A DNA stretch of 64,000 nucleotides from Scenedesmus sp. PABB004. Lineage: Eukaryota. Below the pieces are notes generated by a model that worked only from the letters and a program-made list of their open reading frames with translations, was not told the DNA's origin and made no database searches. Location: the NCBI GenBank assembly GCA_014905635.1, contig JABVCE010000002.1, positions 1,116,001 to 1,180,000 on the forward strand, in the 5' to 3' direction. The translations under genes were made by a program, and so were the position numbers. This document shows positions 15,778 through 28,700 of the stretch, in pieces; the stretch's first letter is position 1, and every line of letters begins with the position of its first letter.

Positions 15778-18700
15778 ATGGGCGCGCCCGCCTGGGGCCT
15801 TCTGGCGGCGCTTCTGATCGCGGGCGCGGCCGGCGCACGGGCCGCGACGGAGCTGCGCACCGCGACGGTGCACGCGGAGGAATGGGGGCCCTGGTGCGCG
15901 CCACGGGCCCGCCGCGCCGACCCGCGCCGCGCCCGCGCCGGAGGGGACGCCGATGCAGCGCGGGCGGGCGCCGCGGGGCGCCGCGGGGCGCGCCTGAGCC
16001 TCCCCGGCCGCCCGAACGCAGGCTGGCGGGCTCCGCCGCCCACCGCTCGCTCCTGGGCGTCACCGACTGCGCGGACGAGCGCTGGGGCCCGCTCTGCGGC
16101 CGCGTGCAGCTGCTGCTGCAGTTGGGCGAGGGTGAGGCGCCCAGCCTGGCCGCCCTTCGGCGCCCGCCCCGCCCCGCCGGCGCCAACGCACGCCGCGCCC
16201 GCCCGCAGGGTCGAGCCGGACGCAGCTGGACGACCTGCGCCGCCTCCTGCACGCGGACGGCGCGCTGGTGTCGGGCTACCTGCCCCGCGACACATGGCTC
16301 GTCGTCGGCGCCCCGGACCGCCTGCGCGCCCACGCCTACGCGCAGCACGCGCTGGTGAGCCGCGCCCGGGGCCGCCGGGCGAGGCGGGGAACGGGGCGCC
16401 GAGCGCACGCGCGGCCGCTGCGGCGCGGGCGGCGCGTGACGCGGCGGGCAGCGGCCGGCAGCGGCGGCGGTGACGCCGCGCCGTATCGCGCGCGGGCAGC
16501 GGCGGGTGGCGCCGCGCCGGCCCCGCCAGCGTCGCGCCGTGCCGCCCACCGCTGAGCAGCGCGCGCCTCGCACGGAGCGCCCGACTGCCCGACTGACGCC
16601 TGCCCGCCGCGCGCCCGCCGCGCCCGCCGCCCGCCGCGCCCGGCAGCTGCCCTACTCGCCGGAGTTTAAGATCGCGCCGGAGTGGCAGCCGGTGCTGGAG
16701 CTGGTGCACCGCGAGCAGCAGGCGCGGGCGTTCAGCTCTGCGGGCGACGCGGCGGCGCACCACGCGCAGCTGCACCGCCGCGTGGTGGACCACACGCTCG
16801 TGCAGCAGCTGCAGCTGCTCCCTGCCGCGGCGCGGCTGCTCGCGGCCAGCCCGCACGAGGCGGAGCTGGCGGCGGCGTCCAAGCTGCTGATCGGGGTGAC
16901 CTTCCCGGACCTGCCGCGCGAGGAGCTCGACGCGCTCGGGCTGGACGCGCGCGTGCTGCACCCCGCCGCCGCCGCCGCCGCCGACTGGGCGGCGCCGCTG
17001 GCGACGCTCGCGGGCGACGACGGCCGCAGCGAGCGCCACCTGGAGCTGTGCCGGCCGGAGCTCATCGCGCGCAGCGCGTGGGAGCTGGACGTCGCGGTGT
17101 GCCCGCAGGTGCGGCGCTCGCGGGGCGGCGCGCCCGCCGCGCGTCAGCCGCGGGCCGGGCGGGAGGAGGCTCACGCGTGCCCGCCGCGCGCCGCAGGACC
17201 TGTCGGACGCGCTGTACTGGCTGTCCAACCAGGCGGCGGTGCACTGGCTCGCGCCGCGGCCGCGCCTGTTCCTGCAGAACATGGTGGCCAGCATGATCGT
17301 GCAGGACAACGGCGCCGCGGCGGGCCAGGACTACAAGGCCGCCAACTCGCACCTCTTCTGGGAGGCCGGCCTGGACGGGCGGGGGCAGATCATCGGCATC
17401 GGCGACAGCGGCATCGACATGCAGTCCTGCTTCTTCGCCGACGCCGCGGTGCCGTTTGTCCCGCCCGCCCAGGGCAGCGAGTGGCGCTCGTCGACGCACC
17501 GCAAGGTCGTGCTGTACTGGGGCCTCGCGGACAGCACGTTCCAGGACCTCGTCGGCCACGGCACGCACACGAGCGGCTCCCTCGCGGGCATCGACCCGGC
17601 CGACCCGACCAGCAAGGCCACGGGCGCGGCCAGGAGCGCGCGGATCGCGTTTGCCGACCTGTCGACGACGGACAAGGGCGACGTCAACGCGCCGCAGGAC
17701 CTGGAGGCCGACTACTTCCCCAAGCTCGCGGGCGCGGGCGCGTCGATCTTCAGCGACTCCTGGGGCAGCTCGTCGCCGGTGTACGACTTCCAGAGCTCGC
17801 GCGCCGACGCGTGGCTGTTCAAGAACCAGGACACGCTCAGCCACTTTGCGGCGGGCAACTACGGCGAGAACGACAACCTCGACACCACGATCACGTCGCC
17901 CGCGACCGCCAAGAACGTGGTCACCGTCGGCGCGACCAAGTCGCTCACGCCCAACTACATCAGCCAGACCATCGCGCCCGTGTTCCTCATGAGCCTCGAG
18001 GTCAAGCGCGCGTCCAAGCCCTCGCAGTTCATGAACATCCGCCTCGTCAAGGCCGGTGCGTGGCGGGCGCGGAGCAGGAGGCGGTCGGCGGGGCGGCGGC
18101 GGCGGCGGCGGCGCGGCAGAGGCGGGGCGGCGGCCAGCAGCGCCAGCCCGCCGCGGGCCGGCCGCCGCGCGCGCGCCTCGCGCCTCGCGCCTCACGCCGC
18201 GCGCCTCACGCCGCGCCCGCCCCCGCGCGCGCCGCCGCAGACTTTGGCGGCGACGGCTCGGCGCTCAAGGGCAAGCCGGTGCGCGTCGTGCGCGCGATGC
18301 CGCCGACCGCGTGCGGGTCGCTCACGGGTGACGCCGCGACGTACAAGGACGCGATCGTGCTGGCGAAGCGCGGGTCGTGCTTCTTCAGCGAGAAAATGGC
18401 CGCCGGCAGCGCCGCGGGCGCGGCAGCGGTCGTGATCATCAACGACCGCCCGGGCGGGTACTTCAAGATGGACGCGCAGGAGGGCGAGGGCGCCGAGGCG
18501 TCCAAGATCACGCTGCTCGCGCTGCCGCAGCGCATGGGCCTCGAGCTCTGGGCGCTCTTCGACAACGCCGACGCGATCACCGCCGACGTGTCGCGGCACT
18601 CGGAGACGTGGCAGGCGTACGAGGACATCGCCGCGTTCTCGAGCTTCGGCCCCGCCGCCGACGGGCGCATCAAGCCCGACGTCGTCGCGCCCGGCGAGCT

Positions 18701-21016
18701 CGTGTCGGCGTCGAGCACCGACGCCGACCCCGGCGGCGGCGCCGCGCCGAGCTGCGCGATCGGGCGCAAGAGCGGCACGAGCATGGCGACGCCCATGGTC
18801 GCGGGGCACGCGGCCATCGTGCGCCAGTACTTCATGGACGGCTTCTATCCCAGCGGCGCCGCCAAGCCCGCCGACGCGCACGTCCCGAGCGGGCCGCTGC
18901 TCAAGGCTGTCATGATGGGCGGCGCGTGCGACATGAAGGGCAACACCGAGCAGTACCTGCCCCTCGAGGACTCGCCCTCCATGCGCCAGGGCTTCGGCCG
19001 GCTCTGCCTCTGCAGCAGCCTGCGCCTCACGGGGCTGTGCAACACCAACATCCAGGTGCGGCCCGCGGCGGCGGGGGCTCTCCTCGCGCGCGGCGCCCGC
19101 CGCCCTGCGCGCCGCGCCGCGCCGCGCCCTGCCCGCCGCGCCGCGCCGCCCTGCCCGCCGCGCCGCGCCGCGCCGCGCCGACACGCCCGCGCCCGCGCGC
19201 GCGCCCGCCGCCGCAGGTGGTCGACCGCGCCGTGATCTCGGCCAAAGAGTCGCACCGCTACTGCCTGCGCACGACGGGCGGCGACGTGCGCGTCATGCTG
19301 GTCTGGTACGACGCGCCCGCCGTGGTCAGCGCCGACACGACGCTCGTGAACGACCTCGACCTCACCGTCGTGTCGGCGGGCATGGGCGGGCAGTCGTTCC
19401 ACGGCAACATGGGCCAGGAACGCGACGCGGTCAACACCGCGGAGCGGGTGTGGCTCAAGAACGTGCCCCCTGGCGGCCTCGACATCACCGTGACCGCGGC
19501 CAGCCTCGGCTTCACCGGCGCGTCGACCCAAAACTACTCGCTCGTCGTCCAGGGCGCGTTCACGGACGTGCTCGGCTCGCCGGCCAACCCCGACAAGGCC
19601 GGCCAGGCGCGCGCGCCCGGGGGCTGCCCCGCCGCGTCGATGCAGTCCGTCAGCGACGCGCTGCCCGCCGGCGGCGCGCTCGCCGCGGGCGCGAGCCCCG
19701 TGGCGGCCAACGCGAGCGTCGTGAAGCTGGAGGCGGCGACCAAGCCGCCGGCCGACAGCCCCGCGATCGCCGACCTCAGCGCCGCCGACGCGGCCGCGGC
19801 GCCCCCGGCGGACAGCCCGCCGCCGGCCGCCGAGGCCGCGCCGGCGGCGGCCAGCCCGCCGCCCGCCGCTGCGAGCCCGCCGCCCGCCGCGGCGAGCCCG
19901 GCGCCCGCCGCGGGCTCGGCCGGCAACGAGGCGCTCGTGGCGACGCTGATCGCGGCAATGACCGCGGCGTCGCCGGCGCCCGGCGGCGCGCCGGCCGGGC
20001 GGCGCCTGACCTGGGTGCCCGCGCCGCCGCCGGCGCTGACCGTGCGCGTGCCGGCGTTTGTGTGCCAGTGGCTCACGGCGTCGGGCATGGGCGCGGCGGC
20101 GGGCGGCGGCGGCGGCGCCGACGGCGGCGGCGGCAGCATGACCATCCCGCTGGGCGCGCTGCTCTGCGTGGGCGCGGCCGCCGCGGCGGCGGTCGCGCTC
20201 GCGGCGAGCGCGTCGCTGCGGCAGTACCGCCTGGGGCGCAGCTCCAGCCTGACGTCGGCCATCACCCGCGACCTGGCGTGCAGCCAGCGCAAGGCGGCCG
20301 CCGAGCGCAAGGCCAGCCTGCGCGGCGCGCTGAGCCAGGACAGCACGCTCAGCGCGCGCCTGCTCGACGGCGGGGGCAGCTCCGGCGGCGCCAGCCGCTG
20401 CGCGAGCTTTGTCGCCAAGCCGCTCACCGGCAGCAGCAGCTCGAGCGGCAGCGAGCCGGGCAGCCCCGCCGCGCCGGCGGCGGCGCCGCACGCGGCGCTG
20501 GTGCTGCCGCCGGCCAGCAGCTGCCCCATGCCCAGCACCCGCTTCGGCAGCTTCTCCGGCGCCGCTGGCGCCGCGGCCGCGCTCGCGGCCGCGCAGCGCC
20601 ACCTGCCGGGCCGGGCGAGCCCGATCGGCAGCTTCAGCCAGCTCAGCGCGGGCGACGCCGGCCAGTTTGGCGTGGCGGCGGAGCCGCACGGCGACGACCG
20701 GCTGGAGCAGCTGCGGCGCGGCACGCGCAGCTTCAACTGCCCGCTCAGCCCCATTGCGAGCGGCTCGAGCGCGGGCGGCTCCTTCGCCTCGCCCTGGGCG
20801 CAGCAGCAGCTGCGCGCGGGCCTGCTGGCGGAGCTGCCCGAGCTGCCCGGCATGGGCTGGCAGGAGCGGCAGGCGCGGCGGCAGCCGCCCGCGGAGCGGG
20901 CGGCGGCGCCGAGCGCCGGCACGCCCAGCAAGCAGCAGCCGCAGGCGGAGCAGCAGCCCGAGGGGCGGCCAGCCGGCGAGCCTAGCGGCGACGCAGACCA
21001 GCCGCGCGACCAGTGA
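15778..21016 (+). CDS. Subtilisin-like serine protease (S8, KP-43/Tag-like) with PA domain and C-terminal transmembrane segment
   Basis: Signal peptide. Catalytic motifs IGIGDSGID, GHGTHTSG, FAAGNYG and SGTSMATP. PA domain IVLAKRGSCFFSEK..AAAVVIIND, plus DGRIKPDVVAPG, VNDLDL and a hydrophobic segment near 20150-20215. Confidence 0.92.
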
Positions 21017-21882
21017 GGCGCGCGCTGGCGACGGCCAGCAGCTGAACAAGCTGCCGGCCTGCTGTCGCACCGCAGCCGGCGCAGCCCTGTGCTCCCCTCC
21101 CGGCTCCGTGCAGGGCTCGCCCCCCAGCGCCGGGCTCGGGTGACGCGCGGGCGCGCAGCGGGCCCCGAGCGCGCGGCTGGGCACGTGCACGCCCCCGGCG
21201 GCGCTGCCAGCCGCCCTAGCGAGCGAGCGTCTGGCCTGCGGCGCCGGCCACGAGCGGCGGGCGCCTCGCCCACGGCCGCCGCGCGCCGCGTGCGCCGCGC
21301 GGCAGGGCTGGGCCGCTCGCCAGGGCCCCCGGCCATCCCTTCCTTTCTCTGCCACCGGCGCCGCGCGCCCCCCCACCACGCATCCCGTGATTGATTGTCC
21401 TGGGCCCTCGGCGGCGGCTGGGAGCGCCGCCCCGCGGCTTGCCTCTCCCGCATGCGGCGGAGGCACACCCCCACCAGCACGTTGTTTGCGCCGCACAAAC
21501 GCCGCGACGCGCAGGGGCTGTGGGCGTGTTTTTGCCCCTCCTCGGCGCGGCGGGTCTGTGCAGAGACAAACGAGCCCGTGCAGGGCGGGAAACACTTGGA
21601 AAGCTCTGTGCAGGCACTGTGGTCGACCACATGCACAAGCACTGCGCAGTGTTGACGCACTGCACGAGCAGCAGGGCGCCGCCGGGGGCGCCGCTCTCGC
21701 TCCTGTTGCCTGTTGCCGCGGCGCCGGCCGGCCGCCGCGCGGGCCCCTCAACACGAACGCGGCGCCGCGGGCTGCTTCCCAATGCATGCGCCGGCCCGCC
21801 GGACCTCAGCAGGCACTTGCAGGTTGTTTGTCGATTTGTTGGCGGCGGCGGGGCGCCACGTGGGCAGCGGGCGGGCGGGGTG

Positions 21883-21918
21883 CCCGGACTGCGCGACCTC
21901 CCCGGACTGCGCGACCTC
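21883..21918. repeat. Perfect 18-bp tandem duplication (CCCGGACTGCGCGACCTC x2) upstream of the START gene
   Basis: Direct reading. Confidence 0.9.
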
Positions 21919-22252
21919 CCCTTGGTTTCATTAGCGCCTGGTAACCAGTTTGGCAGGAGACCAAGAGCGGAGGCAGGCAGCCTGCGCGCACGGAAAGCCG
22001 CCGGCGCTGCCGGCGGTGGCAGCTCAGCCGCCGGCGTCGCCGTCGAGGTTTAGAGGCGCTCCGCCGCCCAAAGCTCGAGGCGCTCCGCCGCCCCCTCCAC
22101 GCGACAGGGATCGCCCCGCCACGTGGGAGGGCAGCAGCTGCGCCGTCGCGTCCGCCGCGTCGTCGCCGCCCCGCGCGTCGCCGGCGCAGCGCTGCCGCTA
22201 GCGCCGCCAGGGCCAGCTCCGGGCGCAGCGGCATCGCCCGAGGGCCGCGGCC

Positions 22253-25225
22253 ATGCAAGCCAGCGGCGCCGGGGGCGGCGCGTACGGCGCGCCGCCGGGC
22301 GACGCCTGCGTTGCCGCGCCCCCCGCCGACGCGGGCTGGCGGCAGCTCCTGCTGCTTGTGCTGCTCGTCGCACCGGTCTGGCTCTCCGGCGTGCTCTTCG
22401 GCTTGCTTGTACGAGCACGCACCGCGCGCCACGCAGCGCTCGACGCTGGCAGCGACGCCGACGGCAGCGGCGCCTCCTCCTCGCTCGACGGCGCGGCCAC
22501 GCCGCGCGCCTGGCAGCTGAGCGACGGCGCGCTCGCGGCGAGCAGCCCGTGGGGCTCGGACGACGGCCTTGCCGGGGGCGGGGGCGAGGCGAGGGCGGGG
22601 TCCAGCGGGCGCGCGTGGCGGCCCGAGCTCGGGTGGCGCTGGGCGGCGCCGGCGGCGGCAGCCGGCGGCCAGGCCGGGCGCGCGGCGCGCCCGGCCGCGC
22701 CGGCGTCGGCAGCGCCTCCTACGGGGCCGGACGGCTGGGCGGCGGCGGCGCTGCTGCCGAGCTGGCTGCAGCACGACCGCCGCACGGCGCCCGCCAGCGA
22801 CGGGCCCCCACCGGCAGCGGCGCCGCCGGCGCACGCGGCCGCCGGCCCTCTGCGCCGGGCCGGCAGCGGCGCCGGGCATGCGTGGTACGTCGGACCTGAC
22901 GACCTGGCGCGATTCACCGCCGACCTGGCCGCCGTCGACGGCCGCCTGCTCAGCGGCGACCTGTCGGCGGAGGGCTGGACGCTGATCATGTGCGGCCAGG
23001 GGAGCGGGAGGGGGGGTCTCTCTTGCGCGCGCCGCGAGCGCGACGCGCGCGCCTGACGCCTGCGCTGACGTGCACGGTCCGCGGCCGCGGCGCAGGGACA
23101 AGGAGGTGCCGGGCGTCGTGCGCTACGCCAGCTTCTGGCGCCCCGCGCCCGGCGGCACCACAGACTACCTCAGCCTCACCCTGCTGCCCGGCACGACGGC
23201 GCAGGCGCGGCGCGCGGCAGCTGCCACGCGCGGGGCAGCCGCCGCGCACGGCCCCACGCATACTCAAACGCCCACGCGCTGACGCGCTGACGCACCGCCG
23301 CCCCGCCGCCCCGCCGCCCCGCCGCCCCGCCGCCCCGCCGCCCCGCCGCCCCGCCGCCCCGCCGCCCCGCCGCCCCGCCGCCCTGCCGCGCCGCCGCGCC
23401 CGCAGGAGGTGCACGAGTTCAACCTCGACGACGCCGCGCGCACGCGCTGGGACCCGATGCTGCGCGCCACCTGGCTGCTCGCCGCGCGCGACGCCGCCAG
23501 CGCGGACGAGCAGCTCGTCGCGTGGCTGCGCAGGTGTGCCGCGCCGCGCCGCGGCGCGCCGCCACCCCGCGCGCGCGCGCGCCCTCGCGCCGGGCCTGCT
23601 CCCCCGCGGCGCTGCCCGCGCGCGCGCGCTGCAGCCGGCCAGCTGGCCGGGCGGTCGGCCGCAGCTGACCAGCCGGGACGCCCACGCTGTGACCCTCCCC
23701 CCTCGCGCGCATGCTGCGGCGGCACCGCGTCAGCTTTCCTTACGGTTTCCTCCGGGAGCGGCTCTATTCAGGCATCGCGCGCCGCACCTTCCGGGGGCGC
23801 CCCGGGGAGCTGTTTGGCGTGACCAAGGTGGTGCACACGCCCGCCACCGCCGCGTGGGCAGCCGACAACCACCCGGGTGTGCCACGCGGCGCGCGCGCGC
23901 GCGCGGGCCGTGCGGGGCGGGCCGGCAGCGCAGGGAGTGTCAACAGCGCGCGCGTGCCGCCGCCGCCACCCGCCCTCGCCGCCCGCAGACGTGGTGCAGG
24001 TGCGGGGGCCGCCGGCGCGCGGGGCTGCGCCGCCGGTGGGGCCGCTGAGCTGCTCGCGCCGCGCAGGTGCTGAACTACAGCTCGGCGTGGCGCTGCCGCA
24101 CGGTCACGTCGCCGTGGGGCGGCGGCGCGGCGCCGGGCGCGCTGCCGGCGTGCGAGCTGGTGCTGCTGCACCACGACGAGCTCCGCATCAAAGAGTCGCT
24201 GGCCCGGCTGGCCATCAGGATGGGCATGTGGCGCTTTGTGCAGGTGCGCGCGCGCCGGGCGCGGCGGCGCGCCCCGCCACCGCATGGCGGGGCGACGACG
24301 GCCGCGCGCGCGCGCGGCCGCAGGGCATGGTAGAGGCGACCGGCCCCTGGCTGGCGGCGCGGCGGGAGCGCGGCGTGGACCCCTTTGCTGAGGACCCCGG
24401 CGCGGCGTGCCGGCAGCCGGCGCCGCCGGCGGTCGCGGCGCCTCACGGCGGGGCGGCGGCGCCGAGCGCAGCCGCCGCGGCAGCGGCAGCGGGGCTGCGC
24501 GCCCTGCCCGTCGTGCCCACCGCGCCCGACCTGCTGTCGCTGGCGGGCAGCGGCGGCCTGGCGGACGACGCGCCCGCGTCCTGGCGAGGGCGGCGCAGCG
24601 CCGACGAGCCGGGCGCGGCGGCGGTGCCGGGCCCGCCGGCGGCCGGGCCGAGCCACCGGCGCGGCCACAGCCTGGACTGGGACCCGCTGCCCGGCAGCGA
24701 CGCAGTGGCGCCTGCGCGCGAGGGCGCCAGGGCCAGCACCGCCGCACCGCCTGCCGGCGCCAGCGCGGGGCAGGGCCGGGGGTGGGGCCTGCCGCTGCCG
24801 CCCGCGCTGCGCCGCCTGGTGAGTGGCGTGGGCGCAGGCCTGGCGCGCGCGCGCGACGCGGCCGCCGGCCTGGCGCGCGGCAGCGGCGCGCGCGGCGCGG
24901 CGCCGGTGCTCGGGCGCGCCGGGGCGCCCGGCTCGCCGGCGCCCGCGCCAGGCCCAGCCTCGCCCGGCCCTTCGGGCAGCCCGCCGCTGCTCGGCAGCGA
25001 CACCGCGCCCCAGCGTGACCAGCGGTGGCTGCCGCCGGCCGCGGGGCCGGCCGCGCCGCGGCCGCGCAAGGCCGCGGCGCCGCGCCGGCGGGGGCCGCCG
25101 CGGCGGCGCGCGGGCTGCTCGGGCGCGGCGGCGCGGTCGTGGCTGCGGGCGCGGTGCTGGGCGCGCTGCTGCTGGGCCTGCGCCGGGCGGGGGCGCTCGG
25201 GCTGCGGCGCCGCCGGCGGCAGTGA
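22253..25225 (+). CDS. START/SRPBCC lipid-binding domain protein with N-terminal transmembrane segment
   Basis: LLLLVLLVAPVWLSGVLFGLL, then W.LIM.DKE.PGVVRY, EFNLDDAARTRWDPM, FPYGFLRERLY, YSSAWRCR and LARLAIRMGMWRFVQ, matching the plant START-protein pattern. The 3' end is uncertain because a frame change is needed near 25100. Confidence 0.75.
23296..23380. repeat. Intronic 8-bp minisatellite (CCGCCGCC-type unit, about 10 copies)
   Basis: Direct reading. Confidence 0.85.
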
Positions 25226-25702
25226 GCGGCGCTCGGCCGGAGCTCGCTCGGCGCGCACCGCAGTTCAGCGCGAGGCCGCGGTCGGCGGCGAGCCAGCCCC
25301 GCGGGGCGGGGGTCGCGTTGTGAAACCCAGCTGCGACCGCCCGGGTGGCCCCTGCCGCCTGCACGCTGCTGTGATGGTCGGCAGTGCTGGTCACCGCCGC
25401 CGCCGGCGATGCGCCGCCGGGGGTTGGACTGGCGCGCGCTCGTGCCCACCGGTGGACGCAGCGCGGACGGCTGCGCTCGGGGGCGGTGCTGCGGCGGCAC
25501 GCGAAGCAGGCGGGAAGCTTGCGGCCGTGCCCGTTCTCGTGTCACAACTTGCGAACGGTCGCAGCAGGCCCACCGCGGCGCGCGCGGTGCGACGTTCATC
25601 GTCCGATCCTGATCCCTAGCAACACGCACACACCCGCGCGCAGCGACATGCGCGCCTCGTAAAGCAGCGCGGCGCGTGCCGCCTAGGCGCCGGGGAGCAG
25701 CC

Positions 25703-28700
25703 ATGAGCAAGGGGAAGCGCAAGTCGAGCCCCGCGGCGCTGCTGGTGATCCGGCAGAAGCTGCGGGATGGCACGCTGTGCGCGGAGGACCGCGCCACCAT
25801 CGCCCTCATCGCCCGCCTGGACCTCATCGCGCTCATCCAGGGCGAGCTGGGCGTGGAACTTACGGGGAGCCAGCGCAACAGCGTTGCGGCCATGACAACG
25901 TGGCTCCTGGGCCCGGAGGAGGGCGCGACGAGGTGCGCCATGCGGGCAGCAGCGCGGAAGGCCACCCGATGGTCGGCGCGCGCGGCCCCGCGCGGGCCGA
26001 CCGGAAGGCCCATCGGCCGGGGCTGCCTCTGAGACACTCGCAGCACGCCACGAACGCCCCACGGCGCCGCCTGTATAAACGTGGCTCGCCAATCGCCCGC
26101 GCTCACGCCCCGCCGCCCGCCCCGGCCCGCCACGCGCAGGCAGCCGCGCGTCCGGCGGCGGGGGCAGCTCTGCAAGCGCCGCGGCGCGGCGATCGCGGCG
26201 CACGGCCGGCCGCGACCGGGCAGCGACGCGGCGCAGCCGGCCTCGACGTCGCCCTGGGGCACGCAGCCGTCCTCCCAGTCGCTCTGGGCGGCGCTCAACG
26301 CCGTGACCGCCACCGAGAGCGGCGGCACGGCGCCGGGCGGCGGCGGCGGCGGCGCCGGCGGCGGCGTTGGGTTGACAGCAGCGGCGGTGCGGGTGAGCGC
26401 GCCGCGCGCCTGCGTGGGGCGGGGGCCCGCCTGCCGCCCCGCGCCGCCCTGCCCGCGCGGCCCTGCCCGCTGCCGCCGCCGCGCGGCCTGGCGCGGCCTG
26501 CTGACGCCGCCACCGCCGCCGCGCCTTCGCCGCGCGCGCGCGCGCCGCGCGCAGGCGCACGGCGACCGCCCCGCCGCCGGCGGCGCCGGCGCGCCGACCG
26601 CGGGCGCGGCGGCCGACCCGCAGTGCGAGTCGAGCTGCGAGGACGGCGGCGGCGCCGCCGGGGCGGCCGGGTCGGGCGGCAGCGGCGCCGAGATGGCGCC
26701 GGCGCCGGCGCGCGACGAGCCCGCGCCGTGGCTGCGCGAGCTGCACCGCCAGCTCGCCGCGGCCGCGACGACGGTGATGATGGACGACGCCGACGACGGC
26801 GGCGACGACGCCGGCACGGCGCAGAGCGCGCTCACGGCCGGCCCCGCGGGCGCGGCCGCCGGCGGCGGCGCGCCGGGGCCCGACACCGGCGACGACGCGC
26901 TCGAGAGCCAGCTGCTGCACCAGCTGCTGCACGACATGCAGCTCAGCCCCGCGCCGCAGCCGGAGCCGGAGCTCAAGCCCGCGCCCGCGATGGCGCCGCC
27001 GGCGCTGGTGCAGGTCAAGGCGGAGCCGCTGCAGCAGGCGGCGCAGCCGGCGCTGCTGCCGCCGCAGCTCGTCAGCCTCGCGCCGCAGCAGGTGCCGTGG
27101 CGGCAGCAGGGCACCGCGCTGGCGCTGCCGCAGCTCGTGCAGACGCACGGCGGCGGCGGGCTGGGGCTGGTGGCGTCCTGCCCGCTGCCGGCGGGCGACA
27201 GCTGGACGGGGCACATCCCCGAGCCGAGCGCGAACGCGCTGAGCAGCGAGGCCCTGGTGTGGCCCGAGTGCGGCGGCAGCATCACGCTCAAGAAGCGCGA
27301 CCGCCACGCGCTCTTCAACGCCGTCCCTGGTGCGCGCCGCCGGCCGCAGCGCAGGCAGCCGCTGCGCTGCCGCTGCGCTGACGCAGCGCCGCGCCGCGCC
27401 CGCCGACGGCCCGCCCGCCCGCCCGCCCGCCGCCGCCCGCGCTCGCGCGCTCGCAGAGCCGGTGGAGGCGCCGCTCGCGGTGGAGGTGTCGGGCCCGTCG
27501 GCCGACGTGTTCATCAAGCGCCGCTCGATGCAGCTGCCCGGCAGCGCCGAGGTCGCGGCGGTCGGCAGCTTCACCGCCGGCGCGGCGGCCGCGATGGCGA
27601 GCTTCACGTCGAGCGCGGCCGCCGCGGCGGGCAGCTTCAGCAGCTACGCGCACAGCGCGCCCAGCTACAGCGTGCCCAGCTACAGCGTGCCGAGCCACTC
27701 GGCGCGGCTCGCGTCGTTCCGCCTGCAGGGCAGCGTCGGCAACCTCAGCGAGGACTCCTTCCGCAGCCTGCGCGCGGCGCACGCGGCGCAGCAGGCCGCG
27801 GCGCAGCAGGCCGCCGCGGCCGCGGCCGCGGCCGCCGCGGAGGAGGCGGAGCGGCGCAGCGGGCTGCGGCGCGGCATGAAGGGCCTGGCCAAGAAGTTCA
27901 AGGCCCTGCTGCACCGCACGCCGCCCGTGGCCGCGCCGCCGGCCGGGCGGCAGCTCTCGCAGCCGGCGGCGCCCGCCGCGGCGGCGCCCGCGCGCGGCCC
28001 GGCGCGGCGCACGCGCAGCGCGTACGCGTCCGTGGCGGACTACGCGCCGGCGGAGCTGGCCGAGCTCGACGCCGCCGAGGGGCTGCCCGGCGTGCTGGCG
28101 GGCCCGCAGCCGAGCAACGCGAGCAGCCTCAACGCGAGCACGAGCATCACCGCGCGGCGCGCGAGCCTCGGCGTCGCGTCGACGAGCGGCTACGGCACCT
28201 CGTGGACCGCCGGCCCCAGCAGCCACGCGCTGCACAGCAGCTTCGGCAGCAGCCGGGCGGGCGCGAGCGGCAGCGGCGCCGGCCTGGCGGGCGGCAACGA
28301 GCACTTTGGTGAGAAGCTGAAGCTGCTGCGCGCGATGTACAACTCGCAGTACGCCGCGGCCGGGCCGGACGCGGCGGGCCTGCAGGGCGGCGGCGCGCCG
28401 GGCAGCGCGCCGGGCATGGAGCCGCTGCCCATCCTGGCCGAGGAGGGCGAGGCGCCCGCCGCCGGCGGCGGCTCGGGCTCGCCGCCGCGGCGCGGCGGCA
28501 GCCCCGGTTCGTTCATGGCGAAGCTGAGCAAGGTGTTTGACCTCGGCGGGGGTCGCAGCGCGGCGGAGGAGGCCGCCGCGGCGGTGCTCGCCGGCGCGGG
28601 CGGGGTGTCGCTCACGGAGCGCAGCAACAGCAGCTTCAGCATGTTCCTCGCGCGCGTCGCCAGCACGTGGCGCCAGGACAGCGGCCTGCCGGCGCAGCCG

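Noticed and set aside
23764..27318. 1184-aa minus-strand ORF and many other long Arg/Ala/Pro-rich ORFs
   Set aside because: These are shadow frames caused by extreme GC content and scarce stop codons. They lie antisense to real genes and show no domain motifs.
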